The translations under genes were made by a program, and so were the position numbers. The notes under the pieces are model-generated. The model was not told the origin of the DNA. It ran no database searches and saw nothing but the letters and a program-made list of their open reading frames with translations. A stretch of DNA of 64,000 nucleotides from Syntrophobacteraceae bacterium (GTDB lineage: Bacteria; Desulfobacterota; Syntrophobacteria; Syntrophobacterales; Syntrophobacteraceae). Below are positions 38,561 through 48,030 of this stretch, piece after piece; positions within the stretch are counted from its first letter, which is position 1, and the number at the start of each line of letters is the position of its first letter. The stretch spans positions 4,192 to 68,191 of the forward strand of contig JABUEY010000002.1 of assembly GCA_013314815.1 (NCBI GenBank), written 5' to 3'.

Positions 38561-39382
38561 TCATTCGCTCTTTCCCGGTTCGTCGGCGGGATTGACGATT
38601 TCCACAACAGGCCCGCTTTCTTCCTCCTTCAGCAACTGCCCGGCGGGAACTTCCTCGAGTTCCATCTCCTTGTCGCGGTCCGCCTGCTGCGTTTCCATGT
38701 ATCTTTCCCTGCCTTCGACACAGGCGTCGGCGATCTTGGAGGTAATGAGGCGGATCGCTCGGATGGCATCGTCATTGCCAGGAATGAGATAGTCGATGAG
38801 GTCAGGGTCGCAGTTGGTGTCCACGATGGCGACCACGGGGATACCCAGGCGATTGGCTTCGAGGACGGCAATGTTTTCGCGGTGCGTATCCACGACATAC
38901 ATTGCGCCGGGGAGCCGGGTCATGTCCTTAATGCCGCCCAGGTTTTTCTCGAGCTTGATCCGCTCGTTCTGCAGCTGAAGGATTTCTTTTTTCGGGAAGC
39001 GGTTGATGCTTCCGTCTTCGATCATGGCATCGAGTTCCTTCAGCCGGTCGATTCGCAGCTTGATGGTCTTGAAATTGGTGAGCATTCCACCCAGCCAGCG
39101 CTGGTTGACAAAGTGCATTCCACAGCGTCGTGCTTCTTCGAGGATGGTGTCCCGGGCCTGTTGCTTTGTCCCCACAAAAAGGACACTCTCTCCCGCGGCC
39201 ACGGTTTCGGCCACGAACTGATACGCCGTGTGGAAAAGACGCACGGTGCGCTGCAGGTCGATGATGTAAATGCCGTTGCGTGCCCCGAAGATGTATGTTT
39301 TCATCTTGGGGTTCCATCGGCGCGTCTGGTGCCCGAAATGAACCCCCGCTTCCAGCAACTGCTTCATGCTGACTACCGCCAT
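38561..39382 (-). CDS. rpsB: 30S ribosomal protein S2
   Basis: Start is ATG 39382 ([27 protein letters not shown]). It has an acidic C-terminal extension. Confidence 0.95.
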   Translation of the reverse strand: MAVVSMKQLLEAGVHFGHQTRRWNPKMKTYIFGARNGIYIIDLQRTVRLFHTAYQFVAETVAAGESVLFVGTKQQARDTILEEARRCGMHFVNQRWLGGMLTNFKTIKLRIDRLKELDAMIEDGSINRFPKKEILQLQNERIKLEKNLGGIKDMTRLPGAMYVVDTHRENIAVLEANRLGIPVVAIVDTNCDPDLIDYLIPGNDDAIRAIRLITSKIADACVEGRERYMETQQADRDKEMELEEVPAGQLLKEEESGPVVEIVNPADEPGKSE

Positions 39383-39721
39383 TTCAATCTCCTTCTGGTT
39401 GTCCCTCCACCCCTGTCCATCCGCGCAAGCCTTTCGCTCAGCGGACACCAAAAGGTTCAAGGGGAGTGCGATTTTGGTAAAACCGAACTTCTTTAACATG
39501 TTTGCTCAAAGAGTGGCAACAGAAAAAAGGTCAGAACAAGGCGGGCAGAGCAGGTAAAGCGGCAGTTGGATGCGCGCGCCTGCGGCGCGCGCAGGGTCTG
39601 AATTCTTCCCCGGAAGAGGGGGACAATGGGTGCGAAGGATGACGGCTCGAACTACACAACAGCCGCGCCCGATGAGCGATCCATCCGCAGCGAACTCAAA
39701 TCACGACAGGCTTCACGGTGC

Positions 39722-39946
39722 CTAACACCAGCACCAGATGATCCCTCCGCTCTTGATGCAACAGGGACTGTGTCCCGGCTTGCTCAATACCTGGATGATC
39801 TTTATCTTGGTGACTCCCTCCGGAATGTGGCTGCCAATATCCACCGGATCCTCGACCTTGGCTCCTTCCGGCGGTTCGACACCCACAACCTTGCCGTTCC
39901 TGTCTATCAGTATCTTGAAAAAGCAGCTCGCTTCTTCTGTCGACAT
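39722..39946 (-). CDS. Small (74 aa) hypothetical protein with Cys/Trp-rich C-terminus (..SPCCIKSGGIIWCWC)
   Basis: The ATG is preceded by a perfect AAGGAG SD at 7-nt spacing (39954-39959 on the plus strand). Codon usage looks coding. It lies downstream of, and on the same strand as, the FecR-TPR gene. I recognise no family. Confidence 0.6.
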   Translation of the reverse strand: MSTEEASCFFKILIDRNGKVVGVEPPEGAKVEDPVDIGSHIPEGVTKIKIIQVLSKPGHSPCCIKSGGIIWCWC

Positions 39947-40211
39947 GGTTGTACTCCTTGTCGGGTTCGGAAATCCATTCAGCTTTCCCAGACGATCGTC
40001 GAGAACTCACAGCCGATTTGTCCGCCTTGTCTCCACCTCCCTTCCGCCTGCACGGCTCAGACACAGCTTCAAAAAGAATCGGCATAAGTCGAAAAACACT
40101 TCGACAGGCAGAGTCCGCGGACTCGAAGGCGGGAACCGGCCTTCTCGATGCTGCCGTTGCCGGTTCCGCTTCTCGTGGAGGCGACGCCTGTGAAGAGGGC
40201 TTTCCAGGCTG

Positions 40212-43200
40212 TCAGAACTGCAGCGTGAGTCTCAACAGGATGAGGCGCTCAGGATAGATCACAGGGTTCGAGGGATCCGTGTCCTGAAAATTGAATCCTT
40301 CGTCCAGCAGGTTTCGTGCCTCGAGAGTAATCAGGCCGAATCTTTTGGGAAGTCGATATCCGAGAACGGCATCCAGTACGAAGAACTGGTCACTGCCCGG
40401 ACGGAATCCAGATAACGGATTCCCGTACTCGCCTTTCTGGTCGACGTAGGTGGCCCGGAATCCGGCCAGAAGCCCCGAACGGTGGAAAAGGTTGATGCCG
40501 AGAGGGATCCGGTGAGTCTTGATCTCAACGAAGTCCTCCGTACCCGCAAATCCCCCTTCCCTGTCGAAGCGTTCAAACTGGTATTCCGCCGAAAGAGCGA
40601 GCCAGTCTTGGGGTGTCCAGTAAACATAGGCACGGGCCAGCTGCTCCCTCCAGTCCTCTTCCAGGGTGCGGAGCACAGGCCCCGAACTGACATAAGGGAC
40701 CTCCAAGTCTCGTCTTGAAAGCTCCACGCCCCCAAACAGCGAAGAAGTGATCTTCTGATCGATGCCCGCACCATAACGCCATGATTCGGTACCGTCGGCA
40801 TCGTCGAAATACTGGTTAAAACCCGCCACCTGTGTGGGTTCCAGCGTTTGATCCTGGATGAGGGGCCTTTTCAACACTCGAAATGCCGCTCCCCGCAGCG
40901 TTGTGCCCGAAATGGGGGACCAGGTCACTCCGAACTTCGGATTGAATTCGTCCTTGCGGTCGATTTCATCGAAAAAGTCTCCGCTTCCTCCGATCACCCA
41001 CGTAATATTACTGGGATAGTGGATGAGCGAATAGATGTACATGTTGGCGTTCCTGACGGCGATGTCGGATTCCGGCGGGAAGCCCGGCAGGTTGGTCGTC
41101 GATTTCTGATTTCCTCCAAGATAACCCGCGCCGCTGATGAGATGAAAATTCGAGGAACGGAACAGGTGCTGCACTTCCGCCATGTACCCTTCGATGTCCG
41201 TGGAAAGGAACCTGTTGGGAAAGATCTTTGACAAGGGAGGCGGGAAGATGTTGGTCGAGTCGTCGCTCAGGTTGCGGTAGATGAATGAAGCAAGCAGATC
41301 GGAACCGGGTGAAAAGGAATGGCGAAAGCCGAAACGCCCCGATTCCATCCTCTCGTTCTGCCTGATGGTCGGGAGGTAGTCATCCGGATCGAACCTCAGA
41401 GACAGGTCGCCTTTTTCGGATTCCGAGTATCTGAATTCCCCCTGTATGCTGGTGGCGGGAGACAGGCTCGCCTGGGCAAAGACGTTGTAAAGGTCCTGCA
41501 CGAGGTCGTTGTTTCTCCTGAATCCGTCCGTTTCATAGTGGTATTGTCCCAGACTGTAGGACATCCTTCCCCATACTCCGCTCTGGATGACCTCGTCTCC
41601 GAAGGTGCTGTTCCCGCCGGCGATTGCGCTTGTCTGGAGTGCGAGTCGGTCCCGGTTGAACAGTGTGGTGTATTCGTTGAAAGAAAGGTCTGAAGGACCA
41701 GCCCCCTGGAGGATAAAAGACCTGCTTTGAGCGAGACGGGGCTGCACGGGATATATGTTGACCGGTTGCAGAAGCTGGGACTGCAGAATTTCACTGACTC
41801 TTGCGATCTCGTGGCGAGGCAGGGACGCATAGGAATCAGCCAGAAACCTGTGTGCTGAATGGCTCGCCGGATCCACGCTGAGAGACCTGGAAGCCTCCGC
41901 GAAGGCCAGCTGTCCGAATCCCAGGTCGTCATACACGCGGGCAAGGCTCGCACCGCGCGCGGCCAGGTCTTCGTCCAGCTGAAGCCGGGACCTGTACACC
42001 GCCCTGTTGTCGTTCAAAGCCATGGACTGCTGCAGGTCCTTCAATGCCTCGACGGGGCGGTTGACGGTCTGTTTGAGGATTGCGTCGTAGAACCACGGGG
42101 TAGGATCCCTGGGGTCCAGCTCCTTTGCAATGGCGAGCTGCTGCCCGGCTTGTTTTTCCCGTTTTTCTTCGAAGTAGGCCTTGCCCAGGTAACTGCGCAG
42201 AAGAGAGTTGGCGGGATCGAGACCCACGGCGATTTCAATCTCGATACGCCCCTCTTTCAGGTCTCCCTCCCTGATCTTGGCCAGGCCGAGGCCGAGCCGG
42301 GGCAGGGGGTCCGCCTGGTCCATGCGGATGGCTTTCCGGAAGGCGTTCTTGGATTCCTTGATATCGATGCGTGCCAGGTAGGCGAACCCGAGTACCGTCT
42401 GGGTGCGAGAGAGTTCCGGGTTGAGATCGGCCGCTCTTTGAGCCGCATCCAGGGCACCGTTCAGGTCTGCGACGCAGAGGCGCAATTCGGCCAGCCTTGC
42501 CCAGGCGAGAGCGTTTGTCGGTTCGAGTCTAACGGACTCATCCAGGTTTTCCAGGGCGCCCTTGAGATCGAAATGCGCCTGCAGGGCATAGGACAGGGCA
42601 ATGCGGGGTACAGGAGAAGCGGGATCGAGGGAAATCGCTCTCTGAGCGAGTTCAAGGGCCTCATCCTTGCGGTTTCGAGTCAGGGCGATGACGGACTGCA
42701 GCGCTGCAGCCTGTCCGTTCGAGGGATCAAGTGCCAGCGCTGCCTGGATCTCCACATTGGCGGAGCCCGTGTCGCCGACCGTCAGGTACAGCGCCGCTCG
42801 AATGATGTGCAATCTCGGATCGGCCGCATCTGCCGGAGCCTTTTCCAGGCTGGAGAATGCGGAAGCCAGGTCGCCCCGCCGGTAGAATTCGACGGATCTG
42901 CGCAGCAGGGCTTGCAAGCTGTCCGGGGGATCGGGAGAGAAATCATCCGGCTGGTAATGGATCACAGGTGGATAATAAAGAGCCCACTGCACGGCGTCTC
43001 TGGGCTGCAGGACCGTGCGAAGCATGGGCGGCTGGGTAGCCTGTGCCGACAGGGACTGACCCCTGGTGATGGATAGGCTGCCAAGATCGTTCGCTGCCGC
43101 GACTTTCCCTTCATAGACGGTGACTATCGTCTGTTCGCGGTCTACCTGCACAAGGAATTCGGTCCCCTCGACATTGGCGTTCACATACGGAGTGAACACC

Positions 43201-43577
43201 TTCAATGCCCGGGGGAAGCGGCTGAAAAACATGGCCGCTCCCGAGAGAATCTTGAACAGGGAAGTCTCCTTCTTTTCCACGCCGAGAAACGCTACGGACG
43301 TTCCCTGGTCCAGGCGCACAAAGGTGTTGTTGTGCAGGAGGAGTCCTGCGCGGCCTTGTCGTCCGACACGAATCATGTCTCCTTGAAAAAACGTATCGTC
43401 CAGTTCCACTCGAACCCACTCCCTGTAATCTCCCCTCCTGACCTGGACGTCTCCCTGCACCGACACCGCCCTGGCCATCCAGTCGTCCCGCTGTTCAGCG
43501 GCGTGACTTCCCAGGGGAAAGAGGCAGCACAACGAACACACAAACAGAAACAACATCAAAGCCGCTTTTGATCGCAT
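40212..43577 (-). CDS. Secreted FecR-domain / multi-TPR / C-terminal outer-membrane beta-barrel protein
   Basis: Probable start is ATG 43577 with a signal peptide (MRSKAALMLFLFVCSLCCLFPLGSHA). FecR-like region (VSVQGDVQVRR...GDMIRVGRQGRAGLLL...VEGTEFLV). About 10 TPRs follow. The final ~480 aa are rich in alternating beta-strand patterns and end in ..LRLTLQF (terminal Phe OMP signal). Confidence 0.75.
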   Translation of the reverse strand: MRSKAALMLFLFVCSLCCLFPLGSHAAEQRDDWMARAVSVQGDVQVRRGDYREWVRVELDDTFFQGDMIRVGRQGRAGLLLHNNTFVRLDQGTSVAFLGVEKKETSLFKILSGAAMFFSRFPRALKVFTPYVNANVEGTEFLVQVDREQTIVTVYEGKVAAANDLGSLSITRGQSLSAQATQPPMLRTVLQPRDAVQWALYYPPVIHYQPDDFSPDPPDSLQALLRRSVEFYRRGDLASAFSSLEKAPADAADPRLHIIRAALYLTVGDTGSANVEIQAALALDPSNGQAAALQSVIALTRNRKDEALELAQRAISLDPASPVPRIALSYALQAHFDLKGALENLDESVRLEPTNALAWARLAELRLCVADLNGALDAAQRAADLNPELSRTQTVLGFAYLARIDIKESKNAFRKAIRMDQADPLPRLGLGLAKIREGDLKEGRIEIEIAVGLDPANSLLRSYLGKAYFEEKREKQAGQQLAIAKELDPRDPTPWFYDAILKQTVNRPVEALKDLQQSMALNDNRAVYRSRLQLDEDLAARGASLARVYDDLGFGQLAFAEASRSLSVDPASHSAHRFLADSYASLPRHEIARVSEILQSQLLQPVNIYPVQPRLAQSRSFILQGAGPSDLSFNEYTTLFNRDRLALQTSAIAGGNSTFGDEVIQSGVWGRMSYSLGQYHYETDGFRRNNDLVQDLYNVFAQASLSPATSIQGEFRYSESEKGDLSLRFDPDDYLPTIRQNERMESGRFGFRHSFSPGSDLLASFIYRNLSDDSTNIFPPPLSKIFPNRFLSTDIEGYMAEVQHLFRSSNFHLISGAGYLGGNQKSTTNLPGFPPESDIAVRNANMYIYSLIHYPSNITWVIGGSGDFFDEIDRKDEFNPKFGVTWSPISGTTLRGAAFRVLKRPLIQDQTLEPTQVAGFNQYFDDADGTESWRYGAGIDQKITSSLFGGVELSRRDLEVPYVSSGPVLRTLEEDWREQLARAYVYWTPQDWLALSAEYQFERFDREGGFAGTEDFVEIKTHRIPLGINLFHRSGLLAGFRATYVDQKGEYGNPLSGFRPGSDQFFVLDAVLGYRLPKRFGLITLEARNLLDEGFNFQDTDPSNPVIYPERLILLRLTLQF

Positions 43578-43676
43578 CGTTATTCTATCCTTTTCCACCT
43601 GTTCACCTGTACGTTGAATCGGGCCGCCTTTTCGACAAGACGGAGACTGCCTGTCGAGGGCTTTTTCGACGGCCTG

Positions 43677-45938
43677 CTACGACTTCCCCATGTGAATGAA
43701 CCCATTCCATGCAGGATCGGGAGGTTCGACGGAATAGCTCCGGCACAGCCTGAGATAAAAGAGGGACGGGCCGTCGTTTTCCCGGATCCTGAGGCACTGG
43801 TTGAACAAGCCGGCCGCTTCGCTCCATGACCTGCGGCTGAAGGCATCCATGGCCTCGGCAAAGACTGCACACAGGTCTCTTTGCGGCGGGCTCGATTCCT
43901 CCGCACTGCATATCAACTCGTGGACCTCCACGGCTTTCGATTTTCCCGCGACCAGGAACGCTCCGAGTCCCCTCGTGAGAAACATGTCCACCTGGTGGAG
44001 AACCTCCGAAGACAGGAGTATCCGTGTTCCAAGTTCCTTGTTGAGTCCTTCCAGCCTTGCGGCGGTGTTCACTGCGTCTCCGACGGCACGGTACTCATAG
44101 TGATCCATGCCTCCGACGTTGCCCAGAGTCACCGGCCCGCAGTGGAGGCCCAAGCGTGTCGGGAGGCGAAATTTTCCGGACTGCCTGTTGAAGCGTGACA
44201 CGGCCCTGGCGACATCGACGGCCGCCATGCAGGATTTTATCTTGAGTCGGGTGTCCGGGTTGGGGCCTGCCCAGATCGCCATCATGGAATCCCCGATGAC
44301 GTCCGTTATGATTCCTCCATGTTTCCTGACCGGCTCGAAGATGGTCTCGTAGTACCTGTTCATGAACTGGCTCAACTCCTCGGGGTCGAGCTGTTCCGAC
44401 AGAGCGGCATACTGCTCCCCGTCGCTGCACAGGACCGACCCGAAAACCGGTTTCGAGGATCTCGTGATTTCATCCGCTCCCTTCGAGAGCCGTTCGACAA
44501 CCTCCTCGGGCACAAAGTACCTGAACGCCGTTCGAATGTTCTGACGTTCACGGGCGGCTTCCAGGTATTTCCAGATCAAAGTGCCGAAGAATGCCACAGG
44601 GGTTTGTACAAGCATCGGGACCGCTATGTGAAACCATCTGGCCGTGCCTGCAAACTGATGATATGCCGCCATCGTATAAAGGCCTGCCAGCAGGATGATG
44701 CTCATCGTCGAGGCCGCTGTGGCGAGATAATGGCAGACGGCGGCCACAAGAAACGCCCAGGACACCATCACGATAATTGGGTAAGGGAGCGGCAGCGGCC
44801 GGACGGGCATGTCTTCGACCAGGTTTCCAAAGGCCGTTGCGGCGATTTCGACTCCACTGATGTCCAGTCCCGCCGGCTGGGAGAAGACCGTATGGAACCC
44901 GTCCTTCTGTTCCATCTCCAACGACCCGGACAGGCCGATGAAAACGGCTTTCCCTCGTATATCCGGGGCAGGTTGTGTCAAAGGATCCGGATATTCGGAC
45001 GAATCGATCATCCGGTGGAAGGGGACGGTGGTGATAATGCCGGGAGGTCCGTAAAAATTGAGTACCATGCTGTCCGGCCCATCATACATGCGGATGAGGG
45101 ATCTGAGGATTTTCCGACGGTATGCTTCCGCGGGAGGGGCATCGCCGCCGTTCAGATCAGCCAGCATCCTGTCGGCCAGGCCGGGGTTTTCAGTGAAGAT
45201 CTCCCTCAATGTTCGAGTCAGGCTCGTGACGGCATGGTTTGCCAGGATCTCATCCCTGTCCAGCGGGAGCCCTGAAAGCGCGTCAGGCAAATGCCTGCCG
45301 ATGAGCGACCGGAAACTACTGTAGACATCGAGGGCGAAAACCTGGAACATTACAACGGGCAGGGTCGGCTCATCACCGGCGTCGGTTTTAAAGAGCCAAC
45401 ACTGGTTGACTCGAAGGGGAATCCTGGGGAGCGGAAAGGGGGCGGAAGCTGCGGCCGATTCTGCAAGAACGGGTATGGGCGGCACAAGCCTCTGAACGTA
45501 GATCTCTCCCTTCTGTTGTCCGCCGGCTTCGGCCACGGGCAGGACTTCCTTCCGAAATGCCTCGCAGAGCACGACGTTGCGAGCCCTGGCCAGCGCATCC
45601 GCAAGTTGAGAATCTTCCTGCTCGGAACGAGCATTCTGGAACGTCATGTCGAAGCCGACAGCCGCCGCTCCCTGTCCTGAGAGCCGGTCGACCAGCCGGG
45701 CATGCAGATCCCTCGGCCACCTGTCCGGGTTGCGCGGCACTCCCAGGCGATCCGCTGAAATTTCGTCGATGCTCACCACGGTGATTTCAGGCGGGGCGGG
45801 TCGAGCCCCTCTCAGGTTGAAAAGCAGGTAAAGCCCCAGGCTTTCTTCCAGGTCCATCCCGGGATGGGAGAAGGTGACCAGCAGACCCAGCAGGGCTGTA
45901 AGCAATCCCATCATTGCAGGCCTGGGCACGCCGGTCAT
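43677..45938 (-). CDS. CHASE2-sensor class III adenylate/guanylate cyclase
   Basis: 753 aa. N-terminal TM plus a periplasmic CHASE2-like region, three TM helices, then a cyclase domain (VLCSDGEQYAALSE...DVIGDSMMAIWAG...LHCGPVTLGNVGG...YRAVGDAVNTAARLE). Confidence 0.85.
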   Translation of the reverse strand: MTGVPRPAMMGLLTALLGLLVTFSHPGMDLEESLGLYLLFNLRGARPAPPEITVVSIDEISADRLGVPRNPDRWPRDLHARLVDRLSGQGAAAVGFDMTFQNARSEQEDSQLADALARARNVVLCEAFRKEVLPVAEAGGQQKGEIYVQRLVPPIPVLAESAAASAPFPLPRIPLRVNQCWLFKTDAGDEPTLPVVMFQVFALDVYSSFRSLIGRHLPDALSGLPLDRDEILANHAVTSLTRTLREIFTENPGLADRMLADLNGGDAPPAEAYRRKILRSLIRMYDGPDSMVLNFYGPPGIITTVPFHRMIDSSEYPDPLTQPAPDIRGKAVFIGLSGSLEMEQKDGFHTVFSQPAGLDISGVEIAATAFGNLVEDMPVRPLPLPYPIIVMVSWAFLVAAVCHYLATAASTMSIILLAGLYTMAAYHQFAGTARWFHIAVPMLVQTPVAFFGTLIWKYLEAARERQNIRTAFRYFVPEEVVERLSKGADEITRSSKPVFGSVLCSDGEQYAALSEQLDPEELSQFMNRYYETIFEPVRKHGGIITDVIGDSMMAIWAGPNPDTRLKIKSCMAAVDVARAVSRFNRQSGKFRLPTRLGLHCGPVTLGNVGGMDHYEYRAVGDAVNTAARLEGLNKELGTRILLSSEVLHQVDMFLTRGLGAFLVAGKSKAVEVHELICSAEESSPPQRDLCAVFAEAMDAFSRRSWSEAAGLFNQCLRIRENDGPSLFYLRLCRSYSVEPPDPAWNGFIHMGKS

Positions 45939-46730
45939 CGTTGCTCCTTGGAATTCATGGAGAGATGAAGACGTTCTCTCTGTGATCCGTTGTCAAAGTA
46001 ACACGACTTTGTTACGCGAGAGATCTACCAGTCGATTCAGAAGCAGCGCGCTGCGCCTTCAAAAGAACACTCAGTCAAAGGAGCCTTGAAGATTCCGATA
46101 TGGACAAGAAATTCTATAGTTGCCAGTCCCTTTTTGGGATATATGATTATGCCAATTCAGGTTTTATTTCAATACACTTGATCCAGAAAAAAATCGTTTG
46201 CGCATAAGACAGCTCTTCCAGGAACGAATGACCCTCAACAACAGGCAATCTTATGCCGATCGCTTGGCAGCAGCCGACAGAGGCTGCCTGAAGGCAGGCA
46301 GGCCTTTGCCTGCAGCTGAGATTTAAGCTTCATCAATAAAACGAGTACCTCCGGTATTTTTCATGCATCCGTTGCTTCTCGCTCAAAGGATCGATGGCCT
46401 CCCAATGTAATCCTGCCTCCCAACGTCACTCTCGGGAAAACCACAACGTCCTTCCCGCAAAAGGCGGGAATCCAGTCAACAGCCTGCCAAGTGCAGACCG
46501 TGCCATAAAGATCTCTCCTCCCGGGATTGCCCTGCTCCATCCATCCTGTCTTCCAGGCTCATTGCCATCACTTGAAACTGTTTTGCCATGCACGGCTATC
46601 TTTTTGCGGGAATGACATTGCTGCGGGAATGAGAGGAAATGAAAACGCGGCGGGAAAGCGGGGCTTCTGATCCTGTATGAGCGGATTCCCGGGATGAACC
46701 GGTCCGCTCACGGGAATTTCGTTGATGGTT

Positions 46731-47369
46731 TCAAGCGGAAAGAGCGAATAGGAATGCGCGCAGTGAAAAGGCGGCTCCAATGCCTCCCATCAGGACCATG
46801 CCGCCGTAGAAGGCCCATTTAAGCCTTCGTTCCCGAATGACAAGGGATACCGCGCCGACGACCAGGCAGAGCTGCAGGAAGAGGACAGCGATGTCGAACA
46901 CGTCGCCTGCCCTGCCAAGAGCTTCCAGCCTTTTTTCATATTCCCTTGCACCGACGATCCGGCCCAGTTCGCCGTCGAGTTCCTGGACCCAGTTTTCTTC
47001 CCCGACGGCTTCCGAGCCGAGCAGAAGCTCTCTCTTTTCCATCCTGTAACGGTCGATTTCCTTCTCGAGTTTCTGCACGTGGTGTTGGAGGTTCGAAAGC
47101 TCCTCCTCCCTGATGGCCCCGGAGGTCATGAGGGTCAGAATCAGGTCCCGCTGTCCTTCCACCAGGCTCTGTTTGACACTCTTGGCCTGGTACCATGCAT
47201 AGACATTGGCCTTCGCATTGGTTCCGATGATTTCTTCGTCGCCGTACTTTCCGGCTCCAAGATCCGTCATGGCCAGGAGAGCTGCAAAGACGGCAAGTGT
47301 GAGAGCTGCGAAGATTTCAAATCTTCTGCCGGAGCCGTTATCCTCCGGTTCAAAGGATGGAATTTCCAC
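46731..47369 (-). CDS. DUF4337-like membrane protein
   Basis: One N-terminal TM (FEIFAALTLAVFAALLAMTDL), a coiled-coil middle and two C-terminal TMs, which is the DUF4337 architecture. The likely start is GTG 47369, preceded by GAGGGAGGA; the track ORF extends to 47414. Confidence 0.65.
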   Translation of the reverse strand: MEIPSFEPEDNGSGRRFEIFAALTLAVFAALLAMTDLGAGKYGDEEIIGTNAKANVYAWYQAKSVKQSLVEGQRDLILTLMTSGAIREEELSNLQHHVQKLEKEIDRYRMEKRELLLGSEAVGEENWVQELDGELGRIVGAREYEKRLEALGRAGDVFDIAVLFLQLCLVVGAVSLVIRERRLKWAFYGGMVLMGGIGAAFSLRAFLFALSA

Positions 47370-47482
47370 CCGTGTGTCCTCCCTCGTCAGATGGTTCGAC
47401 CGAAACTGCCGCACATGGGTTCATCCATGCGAGTGACACTCCGTTGATCCGGGCGAATAGCTTATTCGGCGACGCCTGAATG

Positions 47483-47770
47483 TCAAAGGTCGTTAAAAGC
47501 CTTGTGCAGCTCGATGAAGTAATTTTCCGGGAACGGGGGAGTCCGATTTCGGGAATGTGCACCGAGGCGAAGAGTTTCATGCGGCGGCACGCGATTGGTC
47601 TCGAAAGCAGGTGCGAATTGCGCCCCAAACCAGAGATATTCGGCAGGGTGAGTGTCCCTCCGATCACGGTGCCATGCGGCGTGTTCGATATCCCGACGAA
47701 TGAGGGATAGTCCGCTGGGAGCATTCCAGGATGTCTCGTTTGCCGGATGAACCAAAATTGCTCTTGACAT
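47483..47770 (-). CDS. Possible 95-aa hypothetical protein (weak)
   Basis: Reading from the internal ATG 47770: MSRAILVHPANETSWNAPSGL...YLWFGAQFAPAFETN...ENYFIELHKAFNDL. There is no clear SD and no recognised family. Confidence 0.25.
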   Translation of the reverse strand: MSRAILVHPANETSWNAPSGLSLIRRDIEHAAWHRDRRDTHPAEYLWFGAQFAPAFETNRVPPHETLRLGAHSRNRTPPFPENYFIELHKAFNDL

Positions 47771-47817
47771 TGGAATGCGGTTTCCGTTACAAGATGCATA
47801 ACGAGAAGGAGAAGTCC

Positions 47818-47916
47818 GTGCAAGGATACGACCGCAACGACAAGCAGGCATGTTTCTGGCGCTGGTGGTGGAAGGCTGGCAGGAGGGAGTGCTCCGACCT
47901 GACCCGGACTTGCTGA
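47818..47916 (+). CDS. trpL: Trp-operon leader peptide candidate (..ACFWRWWWKAG..; four Trp codons in five positions)
   Basis: GAAGGAG SD lies 6 nt before GTG 47818; an in-frame ATG 47794 is also possible. The codons TGG CGC TGG TGG TGG occupy 47857-47871. The stop is at 47914-47916, 28 nt before a strong intrinsic terminator and ~180 nt before aroF-trpE. Confidence 0.6.
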   Translation: MQGYDRNDKQACFWRWWWKAGRRECSDLTRTC

Positions 47917-47944
47917 TCCATCAGCTTGTTTGAATGATATAGGG

Positions 47945-47980
47945 ACCGTGGGCCACTCCTGGCCCACGGTTCTTTTTTTT
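47945..47980 (+). terminator. Intrinsic terminator (attenuator candidate) after the Trp-rich leader ORF
   Basis: ACCGTGGGCC-ACTCCT-GGCCCACGGT (10-bp perfect stem) followed by TCTTTTTTTT. Confidence 0.8.
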
Positions 47981-47984
47981 GGCT

Positions 47985-48030
47985 AAAAAAGGGGACTGTG
48001 GGAAAGACCTCCCGCAAGTCCCCTTTTTTT
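47985..48030. terminator. Second, bidirectional-type intrinsic terminator immediately upstream of aroF
   Basis: AAAAAA-GGGGACT-GTGGGA-AAGACC-TCCCGC-A-AGTCCCC-TTTTTTT: about a 13-bp interrupted stem flanked by an A-run and a T-run. Confidence 0.7.

Noticed and set aside
39626-40087. ORFs 39626..40087 (+), 39738..40193 (+) and 39696..40085 (-), which overlap the 74-aa ORF.
   Set aside because: None has a ribosome-binding site and their sequences are compositionally odd. The 74-aa minus-strand ORF has a canonical AAGGAG-N7-ATG and sensible codon usage.
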